Made by a program: the position numbers and the translations under genes
Shown: piece after piece, positions 10,247-20,777 of the stretch
Numbering within the stretch: the first letter of the stretch is position 1
Layout: each line of letters opens with the position of its first letter
Virus record (IMG/VR): IMGVR_UViG_3300033146_002768
Coordinates: 143,112-207,111 of that record
DNA: 64,000 bases
Direction: 5' to 3' (one strand)
Notes under the pieces: model-generated
Told to the model about the DNA's origin: nothing
Databases searched by the model: none
What the model saw: only the letters and a program-made list of their open reading frames with translations

Positions 10247-11265
10247 AAATTTTCTTGTCTCCATTCATAAATTTTTGTTAGTGTAATAGGATCAGCATTA
10301 GTAATATCCTTAGAGCTAACATCTTCATAACTATTACAGACTTTACAATGTTCATGATCAGATAAATTTAAATAAGCATTAGAACTATATACTTCATCTA
10401 ATTTCTGAATATTTAAATTTCCTATCTTTGTTTTAAAATATATATCACCAGAGCATCCACACCCTATCATAATACCTGTTGATGAAATAAAATTTTTAGT
10501 AAGAAAGTATTGACACATCTTAGGTCTTTCTTTAACATTAGCAGTTAATTTAAAATTTTCAGACTCTAATACTTCATTACTAATTAATGATCTACGACTA
10601 CAAAAATCATCTCTTGGAAATAACATAGAATTTGTCATTCGACTAATCTGAAATAATAACTTATAAGTTTCAGATGTTATTAGTAATTTATGATGTATTT
10701 TTGTTTTTGTATAAATAGGAATGTTTAAGTTTATATTTATATTATTATCAATTAAATATTTTAAATTATTTTTGAAATTTAAATAAAAGGTTTTTGTACT
10801 TCTGGCAAACCTTTCAAATTCAGAAAAATGTAAACCATAACAACTAATGCCTAACCAACTTATTTTTTTTAATGACAAGAGTTTATCTAAATATTTATTA
10901 TTATCAATTGTTAAATTTGTATAAAAATGATATCCATCAACATTGGGATGATTTTCTAATATATCTAATTTCTCAATAAATGTTTTATCTAAAAAAACTT
11001 CGCCATTCATTGGAGTTAATGAAAAATAAGTAAATCCAAAATCACAACATTGATTCAATATATCTTTAAACATATCAATTGACATACTCATTGACTTCTC
11101 TGTTTTCTTTTCACCTCTTTCTTTTTGATTACAATGGATACAATTTAAATTACATATATTGATAGATTCGATTGCAATATAGTTATAAAACATATTTCCA
11201 TTTTTAGTAAATGATTTATATCTAATATTCTTTTCTATATTAGGAAATTTTGAGAATGTAATCAT
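10243..11265 (-). CDS. Radical SAM protein with Twitch/SPASM-like C-terminus
   Basis: CNLNCIHC, MNGEVFL, C-terminal C...GCGC...IGNL...C..C. Confidence 0.85.
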   Translation of the reverse strand: MITFSKFPNIEKNIRYKSFTKNGNMFYNYIAIESINICNLNCIHCNQKERGEKKTEKSMSMSIDMFKDILNQCCDFGFTYFSLTPMNGEVFLDKTFIEKLDILENHPNVDGYHFYTNLTIDNNKYLDKLLSLKKISWLGISCYGLHFSEFERFARSTKTFYLNFKNNLKYLIDNNININLNIPIYTKTKIHHKLLITSETYKLLFQISRMTNSMLFPRDDFCSRRSLISNEVLESENFKLTANVKERPKMCQYFLTKNFISSTGIMIGCGCSGDIYFKTKIGNLNIQKLDEVYSSNAYLNLSDHEHCKVCNSYEDVSSKDITNADPITLTKIYEWRQENL

Positions 11266-12809
11266 TAGTCTTCCTTGTAGTAAGTATTTTTATTTATTAC
11301 TAATAAATCTATTTTATTATTATCTAACATTTCAAATGCATCTTCATACCAGTTAATAATTGTCTGTCCTTTTATATTAAAGCTTGTATTTAATAAACAA
11401 GGGATACCAGTTCTTTCTTTGAATTTTTTTAATAACTTATATATAAAAATATTATCTTTTGTAATTGTTTGGATTCGTGTTGTATTGTCTATATGTTTAA
11501 CTGCTTTAAAAAGATCAGTTTTATTATACCCCACAATATTCATATAAGGAAAATCTCCTTCTATATCAAAATATTTTGAAAGGTCATCTTTCAAAATCAT
11601 AATACCAAACGGTCTAAATTCTTCTCTATGTTTTACTCTTTTATTTAAAATATCTTTCATTTCTTTATTTCTTGGATCACATATTATAGATCTATTACCT
11701 AAAGATCTTGGTCCAATTTCTATTTCACCTTGAATTAAACCAACTATTTTTTTGTTAATTAATTCATCAATAAGTTTATCTAAGTTTAATGGTTCATTAG
11801 GTTTATTTGAATTTCCATTTAATTCTGGGCCAGTTATTGGAATAGAAATTTTATTCTTATAACAATTTAGTGCAGCACCTAAACATTGTCCAACATCACT
11901 TGGATAAGGAGTAAAATGATAATGTTCAAACATACCAGATTTTATTAATTTATAATTTAACATAACATTCAAAAAAGAACCTCCGGATAAACATATGTTA
12001 TTACTTAAGTATGAATATTTTTTAATTAAAAGAATAATCCTTTTAATCCATTCAACTTGAAATGTATAAGAAAAATCTTTTAAGTTTTTAACACGTTTAA
12101 CAATATAAGTATCAACTATATCGATTATTCTTTTATTTATTTTATCACCCATTATAAAAGGATTACTATTTAATATTAAATTAATTATATTTAAATATTT
12201 ATCATTATATTTTCCATAAGAACAATATGCCATAAATTTACCAGCTACATGTCCCTTATGATTAATCCCTTCAACATATTCTGGATTTATTTTTTCTAAA
12301 ACTTTAAATGATACTTTGGAAAAATGATTACCTAAAGGAAATTCAATTTTATCAATTTCTTTAATATTATTATCTTTACCATGAAAAATTCCACCATGAT
12401 TAAATTCTATTGAACCATCACTTCCTCCGTCTAAACTAATAATTAAAGAATCATTAAAATTGCTTGTATAGTATGAACTAGCTCCATGACATAAATGGTG
12501 AGAATAATATTTAACTTCTTTATATTTAATTTTTCCATTTAAAAAATATTTATCAAATAAATGTTTACTAAAAAATCTTTTTTCTTTTGCCATTAAATAA
12601 TTTGGAGAAACACAAATATAATCAAAATCATTTTCTACTTCTATTATTTTTTCAATGAATTTATTTATTATATCTTCTGTCCAATGTTTAACTTCAAAGT
12701 ATTTAATCTTAAAATATTTTTCTGCCTCAAAAAAATATTTGACTTTATTATCATTTATAATAACAAACCCACAATCATGAGGAACTAAATGTACGCCTAA
12801 TATTTTCAT
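11265..12809 (-). CDS. Carbamoyltransferase, CmcH/NodU/TobZ family (copy 1)
   Basis: HD, HHLCHGASSY, SLDGG, GKFMA, LSGGSFLNV, PYPSDVGQCLGA, EIGPRSLGNRSI, KHREEFRPF, NTSFN. Confidence 0.92.
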   Translation of the reverse strand: MKILGVHLVPHDCGFVIINDNKVKYFFEAEKYFKIKYFEVKHWTEDIINKFIEKIIEVENDFDYICVSPNYLMAKEKRFFSKHLFDKYFLNGKIKYKEVKYYSHHLCHGASSYYTSNFNDSLIISLDGGSDGSIEFNHGGIFHGKDNNIKEIDKIEFPLGNHFSKVSFKVLEKINPEYVEGINHKGHVAGKFMAYCSYGKYNDKYLNIINLILNSNPFIMGDKINKRIIDIVDTYIVKRVKNLKDFSYTFQVEWIKRIILLIKKYSYLSNNICLSGGSFLNVMLNYKLIKSGMFEHYHFTPYPSDVGQCLGAALNCYKNKISIPITGPELNGNSNKPNEPLNLDKLIDELINKKIVGLIQGEIEIGPRSLGNRSIICDPRNKEMKDILNKRVKHREEFRPFGIMILKDDLSKYFDIEGDFPYMNIVGYNKTDLFKAVKHIDNTTRIQTITKDNIFIYKLLKKFKERTGIPCLLNTSFNIKGQTIINWYEDAFEMLDNNKIDLLVINKNTYYKED

Positions 12810-13687
12810 ATATATCCTCGTTCTCTTATATTACACCAGTAACTATTAAAATATCTTAAACAATCATTACATCTTATACAACTCAAATCATTAGCCGCAG
12901 AAGGGAATAAAATAAAATTCATCATCTTTAGCATATTACTTTCATTCAATTTAGCTCTATCAGAATATGTCCAACTAATAGGACATCTTAATATCTCTTC
13001 ATTTACAAAATCAAGTGTGGGGTGTATTTGAGAATTACCACATGCTTGTCTATGTAATGATAATGTTTTTTCGCTTGAACTAAATGCTTTCTTTAACATA
13101 TCAAAGGTATCAGGTAATACATTATCTAACTTATAAACAGAATCATATAATTCTTTAAACTGAGATCTAGTTATTATATAATCTAAATCTCCATCAAACT
13201 CTCCCTTTTGTAAAAATGGAATTAAGTTAAATTTCATTAAAGGATATCTCTGACATTTATTTAAAACATCTTTATAATTCTTTGCATGAACTGGTTGAAA
13301 TATTTGTATTTTTTCATCGCAAATATCATGTGGTATATCTTCCTTAACTTCTATATTAGGATGATACCCAACCCAATCAATTTTATCATACCATCTATCA
13401 AAATAACCTTTATCAATAAATAGTCCATTAGTGTTAACTCTTATTTTATGACAATCACATACTTCTTCAAATATGTATTCAAGAATATCAATATCAACTA
13501 ATCCAGGTTCTCCGCCTGTTAATGTAAACACAGGAAATAGATCATCTCTACCATTAACCATTGGAAAATATTTTTCAATTAATGATTTATTAGCTTGTTT
13601 TGGATTTACTAATTGTCCTATATCACAATAGAAGCAATCCTTATCACATTCTTCAGTTAGAAATAAAACTAGTCTATGAGCTTTCAT
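12806..13687 (-). CDS. Radical SAM protein (family A-like)
   Basis: CDKDCFYCD, TGGEPGL, VNTNGLF. Confidence 0.88.
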   Translation of the reverse strand: MKAHRLVLFLTEECDKDCFYCDIGQLVNPKQANKSLIEKYFPMVNGRDDLFPVFTLTGGEPGLVDIDILEYIFEEVCDCHKIRVNTNGLFIDKGYFDRWYDKIDWVGYHPNIEVKEDIPHDICDEKIQIFQPVHAKNYKDVLNKCQRYPLMKFNLIPFLQKGEFDGDLDYIITRSQFKELYDSVYKLDNVLPDTFDMLKKAFSSSEKTLSLHRQACGNSQIHPTLDFVNEEILRCPISWTYSDRAKLNESNMLKMMNFILFPSAANDLSCIRCNDCLRYFNSYWCNIRERGYI

Positions 13688-14654
13688 TTATCCATCCTGG
13701 TATAAAATTAAATACTTTTATACACTTTTCTTTATTTGTTAATAAATCTAAATGACTCCAGAAAAATTTAGGTGTCGAATGTTCATATGCACAATGTTTT
13801 GAAGTGCATAAAATTTTATCTGTTTTATTTATTATATCTTTATATGAATAATCTAAATTATAATTTCTATTTCTTATACTAAAACAAGGATTTATAGAAC
13901 CATCAACTTCAATTAATAAACTTCTAGTATAGGCTAAACATATAAACCCTTTAAAATTTCTATTATAAATTCTTTTATGTTTTAAAATGTATTTATCATT
14001 TTTAAAATAAACACTCTTAATAAAATCAGTTCTTAATTCTACATCATCTTTTATATCAGGATCTATTTTAGTACTTTCATATAGATTATCTCTAACAGTT
14101 TTATATACTAATAAAAAATCTGAATCATCCTTAAAAATATCTTTCATTTTATTATACTCTGAAATACATTCTTTTGATTCAATCATAAATGCTAATTCTA
14201 TTGGGATATTTAAATCTCTTAATTGTTTACATTTATATATAAACTTATTAAAATTAATAAATTTTTTATGATAACTAACATACATATTAAAATCTATATC
14301 ATTCATTATATGAGCAAGTGTTTTATAAGTATGTAAATTAGCAGTAGCATTAGTTAGTAAACATAACGATGCTTTTTTAAATTTTAATACAGAGGATAAA
14401 TTTTTCATGAATGGTATAAAATAAGGATATATAGTAGGTTCACCACCTGTAATTAAAATATCTAATTCTATATTGTTATCAATATCTTCAATAAAATTTA
14501 AAAATTTATTAGTTATATCATAGTCGGTTTTAATTGAGTTATCTCTTATACCACAATAATCACATTTATAATTACAATTCAATGTAAGGTGATATGTTAT
14601 TCTTAACTTTTTAGATTCTGCATCACCATAGTATATTAAATTATCAGTTCTCAC
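13674..14654 (-). CDS. Radical SAM protein with Twitch-like C-terminus
   Basis: CNYKCDYC, TGGEPT, C.A....L.I..DG.I.PC, C....C. Confidence 0.88.
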   Translation of the reverse strand: MRTDNLIYYGDAESKKLRITYHLTLNCNYKCDYCGIRDNSIKTDYDITNKFLNFIEDIDNNIELDILITGGEPTIYPYFIPFMKNLSSVLKFKKASLCLLTNATANLHTYKTLAHIMNDIDFNMYVSYHKKFINFNKFIYKCKQLRDLNIPIELAFMIESKECISEYNKMKDIFKDDSDFLLVYKTVRDNLYESTKIDPDIKDDVELRTDFIKSVYFKNDKYILKHKRIYNRNFKGFICLAYTRSLLIEVDGSINPCFSIRNRNYNLDYSYKDIINKTDKILCTSKHCAYEHSTPKFFWSHLDLLTNKEKCIKVFNFIPGWINESS

Positions 14655-14664
14655 AATATCTTCC

Positions 14665-15384
14665 TTAATATAAATTTAGAATAGGTTTTTCTTTTTTATA
14701 ATTTCCAAGAGCTTCTTTCCAAGTTTTAGATATATGATGTTTTGTTGTTATTACTTTATTCTTTTTAGAGTTATCTAATATGCCACAAAATTTACATATC
14801 TTTTTTTTCTGTTGTAATATAGTTGATTGATTAATATCTTTCATTCTTTTAATTCCTATATCAAATCCAAATACTCTATCAATTGTTGCAGCAACTCCAC
14901 AAACATAAAATCCATATCTATTAAATCCTAGTCCACAATCAATTTCATTTATACATATTTCTTTATAATTATTTTTGATTTTAGAATATTCATCGTTATC
15001 AACAGGCGCTTCAAAGAAATTAAAAAAAGGATCGGGTCCTAATTTCTTATTAGTATTTTCTAAAATAATATTTTTAGAACGATGTAATATATTTAATCTA
15101 CTTGATTCTTTTACTCCATTTGTTATAACTGTAATATTTGAAGATGTATCGTTTAACATTGTTATGATATATATTAAATCATTTCTCAATGTAGGTTCGC
15201 CACCCAATAAATTTATATTAGTCCATTTAAAATTTAAATCATACGTTTCAATAACAAACTTCTCTAATTGTTTTATTGACATCTCTTCATCACTCGGAGC
15301 TAAATCTTTACTACATGCTCTATTACAATTAAAGCAAGATAAATTACATTTTATTAATAATTCTATTTCAATATTAGTTAACAT
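14665..15384 (-). CDS. Radical SAM protein
   Basis: CNLSCFNCNR, LGGEPTL, ITNG, CGLG....GFYVC, C..C. Confidence 0.88.
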   Translation of the reverse strand: MLTNIEIELLIKCNLSCFNCNRACSKDLAPSDEEMSIKQLEKFVIETYDLNFKWTNINLLGGEPTLRNDLIYIITMLNDTSSNITVITNGVKESSRLNILHRSKNIILENTNKKLGPDPFFNFFEAPVDNDEYSKIKNNYKEICINEIDCGLGFNRYGFYVCGVAATIDRVFGFDIGIKRMKDINQSTILQQKKKICKFCGILDNSKKNKVITTKHHISKTWKEALGNYKKEKPILNLY

Positions 15385-15387
15385 TAT

Positions 15388-16188
15388 TTATACCTTTATA
15401 TTATTAATAAAATGAAAGCAGGTGTTACATACATCACTATTATCAAATTTTATTTTTAACATGTCATTTAAATTATTGATTGTTAAATCTATACTTGCTG
15501 AATTTGTATGACTACAAACACATTTTTTAATTTTACCATAAACTAAATCTATAGAAAAATCATTACTTTTCTCTCGACAAATTTTTCGATATTTTTCTTG
15601 TTTATTCCATATCATTAAAATTTTAAAAAATAAGTTTTTAGAATAAATAGTCGCATTTTTATTTTTTATAATTTTATAAATAGTTTGATAATCATCATGA
15701 TTCAATTCAAATTTAGATTGTTTTAATTTAGAATCATATGGAGATATTTCAAAAGTTATATCTTTATATCTATTTAAAAAATCATCTAACAAATAAATAT
15801 TTTGTTTATGAACTGGAAAATGATAATTTATATTTTTAATATCATATGGATTAAATTCTTCATTTATTTCAGATACTGGATGACACATTATAGTGTTGAT
15901 GTATTCTTTATATTTCTTATAATATCTTTGAATAAATAATCCATTTGTATTAACATGTATATTTTTAGTTTGTAATATTTCAAATATATAATCTAAAATA
16001 GTTTCACTTAATAATCCTATTTCTCCACCAGTTAAAACAACTTTATCTATACTAGATTTATCTCTAATAATTGGTAGGTATTTTTTTAAATATATTAACG
16101 GAGGTTTATTGCGTTTCTTTAAATTTCCTATATCACAATATTTACATTTTCTATTACATTGTTCAGTTAAGAAAAGTGTTAGTTTCAT
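15388..16188 (-). CDS. Radical SAM protein (family A-like)
   Basis: CNRKCKYCD, TGGEIGLL, VNTNGLF. Confidence 0.88.
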   Translation of the reverse strand: MKLTLFLTEQCNRKCKYCDIGNLKKRNKPPLIYLKKYLPIIRDKSSIDKVVLTGGEIGLLSETILDYIFEILQTKNIHVNTNGLFIQRYYKKYKEYINTIMCHPVSEINEEFNPYDIKNINYHFPVHKQNIYLLDDFLNRYKDITFEISPYDSKLKQSKFELNHDDYQTIYKIIKNKNATIYSKNLFFKILMIWNKQEKYRKICREKSNDFSIDLVYGKIKKCVCSHTNSASIDLTINNLNDMLKIKFDNSDVCNTCFHFINNIKV

Positions 16189-16835
16189 AATAAATTTACC
16201 TTTTTCATTTCATCATATATTACATTTGCCCAATAATAATGACCTTCTTCAAGAGGATGATCCCACGGTGCCTTTGGAAATTTTCTTAATCTATAAAACA
16301 TATCACAATTTTTTTTATTAAAATCTAAGTAAAATTTTAAATTAATATTCTTCATAAAAATATTATCATCTTCTATATTATTAGATAAAGCATTAAAGAA
16401 AAAATATTTTATATTTCTAGACTTTAAAAATTCTTGAAATAAAAATAATTTATAACTAAATTCAATATCGGTAGTTTTTTTATCATATATATATTTATAA
16501 AATGATTTAGCTTTTAATTTAATTATTGAATCATTGGTACTTGTTTCATGAGAGTTATGAAGTATTTGTTTAAATTTACCTTTATACATTATTTCAAATC
16601 TATCTGGGTTTGACCAACCAATTATAATAATTAATTTTTTAGGATTATTATTTAAAATCCATTCAGTTGTTGTTCTTATTATTCTATTATTACTACTCCC
16701 AGATTTAGCATCATTCAATATTATTGTATTTATTTTTTTTGATAAAATACCTGGCCAGCAAAATTTTTCTCTATGAAGATTTTCTTCTTTTAATTCTTCA
16801 CCATAAGTAAAACTACAACCATTAACATATATCAT
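16185..16835 (-). CDS. SGNH/GDSL-like esterase or acyltransferase
   Basis: NGCSFTYG block I, SGSSN..I, C-terminal DHP...GH. Confidence 0.7.
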   Translation of the reverse strand: MIYVNGCSFTYGEELKEENLHREKFCWPGILSKKINTIILNDAKSGSSNNRIIRTTTEWILNNNPKKLIIIIGWSNPDRFEIMYKGKFKQILHNSHETSTNDSIIKLKAKSFYKYIYDKKTTDIEFSYKLFLFQEFLKSRNIKYFFFNALSNNIEDDNIFMKNINLKFYLDFNKKNCDMFYRLRKFPKAPWDHPLEEGHYYWANVIYDEMKKVNLL

Positions 16836-16943
16836 TATTAAATTCCTTATTTATAAATAAATGGATCTTTTTTTTTAGATTTTCTTTTTTTAATTATATA
16901 TTTAATTTCTAAAATAAAGTCTATCCATAATTCTATTATTTTT

Positions 16944-18401
16944 TTAATCATGATTAAATACCTTTATATTGTGGTCTATTCCAAATTGGATTGCATCCGA
17001 TGAATTATTTACTAATGGTTGTCCTTTAACATTTAAACTAGTATTTAATAACATTGGGCATCCAGTCTTTTTATAAAATTCATTTATTAAATTCCAATAA
17101 CCAGGACTTTCTTTTTTATTAACTGTATGAACTCTTGATGTATTATCAACATGAACTATAGCAGGAAATTTATCAGGATACTTACATGTCATTACATATT
17201 GCATGTAAGGACTTTTAGAAATAATCATATTAAAATATTCAGCGGCATATTCCTCTAATATAGATGGTGAAAAAGGTCGAAACTTTTGACGATGTTTAAT
17301 GTCGTTAATTTTATCTTTTATATTATTCCCACGAGGATCAGCTAATAAAGATCTATTACCAAATGCTCTTGGTCCAAATTCTGCTCGACCATTTGCAACT
17401 CCAACAATATTACCTTTTAACAATTCTTCTAATAAAGATTTAACTGGATAATCACCTTTAATATTATGACCAAGATAAGGTCCTTTCCAATTTAATCTTC
17501 CATTAATTAATGAAGCGGCTCCTATAGAAGACCCCGAATCACCTGGATTAGGCATTATCCAAATGTCATTAAAATATTTAGGTATTAATCTATTAGCTAA
17601 ACAATTTAAAGCAACTCCGCCACAATAAACTAAATTTTTTGAATTAGATATATGTTTAGATTGTTTAATAATATTTTCAATTACTTCTTCTGTAACTTGT
17701 TGAATTGAAGCTGCTATATCTTTTAGATAAGCTCCTTGTAGATAATCATTTGGAATTCCTTTATGACAATTTATTTTAAGTTTAAAAAATTTATCTTTAA
17801 TAAAATCCTTTTTAATTTTATCAGCATAAGATGGATACCCCCAACCAGCCATTCCCATTAAAATATATTCATCTTCATTTGGTTTTAAACCACATCGTTG
17901 AGAAAATGCTGAATATAATATTCCTAATGAATGAGGATAATTAACTTTTTTCAATAATTTTAAATCATCTTTATTTCCTTCCCATATACTTAAAGTAGAC
18001 CATTCACCAATAGAATCTATACAAACAATAACAGCATTATCAAATGGAGAAGTAAAATAACTTGCAGCAGCATGACATTTATGATGATCCAAATATTTAA
18101 TTGGAGTTTTAGGAAAATCAAATTGTTTAAAATAATTATGAAATATATTTTTAGTTTGAAATACTTCATTATATTGACCAGCAAATAACTGTCTTGTTTT
18201 CTTTAAATATGGTTTTTCATAAAAAGCTATAACATCAGGAGTACCAAATCTTAAAGATTCATTTAATATTTCTTGGTTTAAATATAGATCATTTTTTATA
18301 CCAGAATATCGTTCTGAATGAGCAGCAAATAATATTTCATTGTCGTCTATTAATGCAATTGATGCATCATGACTTAGTGCATTTATTCCTAATACTTTCA
18401 T
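16944..18401 (-). CDS. Carbamoyltransferase, CmcH/NodU/TobZ family (copy 2)
   Basis: HDASIA, HHKCHAA, DSIGE, EYILMGMA, YCGGVALNC, PGDSGSSIGA, EFGPRAFGNRS, RQKFRPF, NTSLN. Confidence 0.93.
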   Translation of the reverse strand: MKVLGINALSHDASIALIDDNEILFAAHSERYSGIKNDLYLNQEILNESLRFGTPDVIAFYEKPYLKKTRQLFAGQYNEVFQTKNIFHNYFKQFDFPKTPIKYLDHHKCHAAASYFTSPFDNAVIVCIDSIGEWSTLSIWEGNKDDLKLLKKVNYPHSLGILYSAFSQRCGLKPNEDEYILMGMAGWGYPSYADKIKKDFIKDKFFKLKINCHKGIPNDYLQGAYLKDIAASIQQVTEEVIENIIKQSKHISNSKNLVYCGGVALNCLANRLIPKYFNDIWIMPNPGDSGSSIGAASLINGRLNWKGPYLGHNIKGDYPVKSLLEELLKGNIVGVANGRAEFGPRAFGNRSLLADPRGNNIKDKINDIKHRQKFRPFSPSILEEYAAEYFNMIISKSPYMQYVMTCKYPDKFPAIVHVDNTSRVHTVNKKESPGYWNLINEFYKKTGCPMLLNTSLNVKGQPLVNNSSDAIQFGIDHNIKVFNHD

Positions 18402-19321
18402 AATATATCCATTATTAATTCATGTTCATTATAAACTAATTTATCGAGTATATCTTCTTGAGATAAATTTATGATTTGTTCTTTGTTATCATCAATGTTA
18501 AACAGTTTTAAATAGTAATGGAGTCCATCATTAAACGTTTTATTTTTTGGAGAGTAATATACAGGTTTATTTAAATAACAAAACTCAAATATTAACTTAC
18601 CTATATTCTCCACAAAAATTCCTGTACATACTTCGATCCATCTTTGATATATGTATGAATTACAACCATGAGGTAATAACTTATCATTACTAATATTTAA
18701 ATGAGTTAAGTCACACCAGCTTATAATTTTTTGTTCATTAAAATAACTTTTGAATGTCCCCATATGTGCTTGTTTATTTTCATTTATATCTCTACTAGTA
18801 ACTAAATCTTTATCAATACTAGTTAATGACTTTTCAATATGATTTAATCTATTAATACTAAATTTATGATAATGAATAATAAACTTATCTACATATTGTT
18901 CGAATCGTTTATTGCTTGGGTTACCTAGAAGTGTTATTTGATCACAAAATATATGATTCTTAATATCAAACATATCATCAATATAATTATTATGATATGA
19001 AATATATAATTGAGAAGTATCTAATAATATTAAGTGGTTACAATATATTTTAAAATTTGTCTTCTTTAAAAATCTTAATGTATTTGTTGTTGTGATAATA
19101 GTATCCGATCTCACTTCATCAGTTACTAATCTATCAACAAATTTTTGTGGAGAATCTTGAAGATTCTTTTTAATTTGATTCATCAATGATTTAAAATCTG
19201 TGTTATATAATTTTAATACAAATTCTACATTAATCTGTTTTCTTAAACATAAATATAAATCTATAATTGTAGTATCAGATCCAGATATAGATCCTTTAAA
19301 AAATTCAAATATAGTTATCAT
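18398..19321 (-). CDS. Hypothetical protein, possibly degenerate GT-B glycosyltransferase-like
   Basis: Paralog of 19318..20208 (HGC.S..YQRW....N.F(V/I)ENIGKLIFEF.Y...VYY); fold is inferred only. Confidence 0.4.
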   Translation of the reverse strand: MITIFEFFKGSISGSDTTIIDLYLCLRKQINVEFVLKLYNTDFKSLMNQIKKNLQDSPQKFVDRLVTDEVRSDTIITTTNTLRFLKKTNFKIYCNHLILLDTSQLYISYHNNYIDDMFDIKNHIFCDQITLLGNPSNKRFEQYVDKFIIHYHKFSINRLNHIEKSLTSIDKDLVTSRDINENKQAHMGTFKSYFNEQKIISWCDLTHLNISNDKLLPHGCNSYIYQRWIEVCTGIFVENIGKLIFEFCYLNKPVYYSPKNKTFNDGLHYYLKLFNIDDNKEQIINLSQEDILDKLVYNEHELIMDIL

Positions 19322-20208
19322 AATAACTCCAATATAAAATCATCATTATTATATACCAGTTTTTGTTCTATATCATATGGAGATATATTTAAAGATTGAT
19401 CTATTGAGTCATCAATATTAAATAAACTTAAGTAATGATGAAGTCCGTCATCAATGGATTTATTCTTACATGAATAATAAACAAATTTATTAAAATATAG
19501 AAATTCAAAAATTAACTTCCCAATATTTTCTATAAAAACATTTGGTTGTATTTCATACCATCGTTGATATAAGAATGATGAACACCCGTGAGGATATGTA
19601 GTATAACTATTTTTTAAATGACTAAAATCATAATTATTTATACTCTTATTATATTTATTAAAATATTTTTTAAATTGAACAACATGACAATAATCTTCTT
19701 CATCAAAATTTAATTTAGTTGTTAATGATTTACTAATAGGAGTAAACTTATCCATTATATATTCTAATCGGTCACTGCTAAATTTATGATAATATTCAAC
19801 AAAATCAATATCTTCAAATAAATCATTACTAGGATTTCCAAAGAAAATTATTTTGTTAGCATAAATATTCTCCATAGGAAATTCTTTATAATTCATAACA
19901 CCTGCTGAATCTAGAATGATTAATTTATCGCAATATAATTTAATATCAGTTTGAGTTAATGTATAGAAATTAGTTATAATAGTATTTGTATTATCAATTC
20001 TACTTTTTACAAATTCATTTATTATTCCTAAATGAGATTCACAAAAATTTTTATGAAAGTCATCTAATAAATTTCTAAAGTCATTTGGTGTTGATAGTTT
20101 ATATGCCAACTTCACATCAAACTTATCTCTAAGAAAGAAGTATAAATCTATCATAGAAGTATTAGTTCCATTAATACCTCCAGAGTATAAATCAAATATT
20201 GTAATCAT
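19318..20208 (-). CDS. Hypothetical protein, tandem paralog of 18398..19321
   Basis: Near-identical start MITIF and C-terminal block ENIGKLIFEF...DGLH.YL.LFNIDD. Confidence 0.4.
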   Translation of the reverse strand: MITIFDLYSGGINGTNTSMIDLYFFLRDKFDVKLAYKLSTPNDFRNLLDDFHKNFCESHLGIINEFVKSRIDNTNTIITNFYTLTQTDIKLYCDKLIILDSAGVMNYKEFPMENIYANKIIFFGNPSNDLFEDIDFVEYYHKFSSDRLEYIMDKFTPISKSLTTKLNFDEEDYCHVVQFKKYFNKYNKSINNYDFSHLKNSYTTYPHGCSSFLYQRWYEIQPNVFIENIGKLIFEFLYFNKFVYYSCKNKSIDDGLHHYLSLFNIDDSIDQSLNISPYDIEQKLVYNNDDFILELL

Positions 20209-20777
20209 AATAACACCTCAATATCTATTCTTTCTCCACCTTGAAATTCAGTAATTCCAAAATTAGTTTCTAATATACCTTTATAAAATCTATCAGAAAC
20301 ATTATATGGAAAAGTAAATATACTTGGAGATATTTGTAAATGTTTTTCAAATTCTTTAAACATTTTCTCTGAATCATTATTTATATATTCGCATTTGTAT
20401 CTTAAATTATTTATTAATCTAAGGTCTGTATGACTGTGACTATGTCCACTTATAATAGTATTGTCTAAAGAATTAATAAATTTTATCTGACTCCAATTCA
20501 TATAATTTTCATAGTTTCCTGATTTAGCTTTTAACATAGCATCTTGACAAGTTATAAAGTCCCAACTTTGTGGTTCGCCTGTTGAGTTAACTACCCCTGT
20601 AGGTATATTAAAAATAAGTGTAGTATCTAAATCATATAAATCAGGAAGAAATAAATATTGAGTCATTAATGCATCATCAAAACTAAGAATATAATCCTCT
20701 AAAGACAAACATAAATATTCTTCTTTAAATTCATGTATCATTAATACTGGTTTATCTATATTCTTTTTTGTATACAT
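20205..20777 (-). CDS. Polysaccharide deacetylase (NodB/CE4-like)
   Basis: LSFDD, MNWSQI, GHSHSH, FTFPY motifs. Confidence 0.8.
   Translation of the reverse strand: MYTKKNIDKPVLMIHEFKEEYLCLSLEDYILSFDDALMTQYLFLPDLYDLDTTLIFNIPTGVVNSTGEPQSWDFITCQDAMLKAKSGNYENYMNWSQIKFINSLDNTIISGHSHSHTDLRLINNLRYKCEYINNDSEKMFKEFEKHLQISPSIFTFPYNVSDRFYKGILETNFGITEFQGGERIDIEVLL

Noticed and set aside
14975-15415. Plus-strand 146 aa ORF and similar antisense ORFs (6807, 7364, 7462, 8635, 9770, 16109, 21150, 27430, 30292, 32711, 59598, 59925 etc.)
   Set aside because: They lie antisense to well-supported genes, lack RBS or motifs, and are expected in AT-rich DNA
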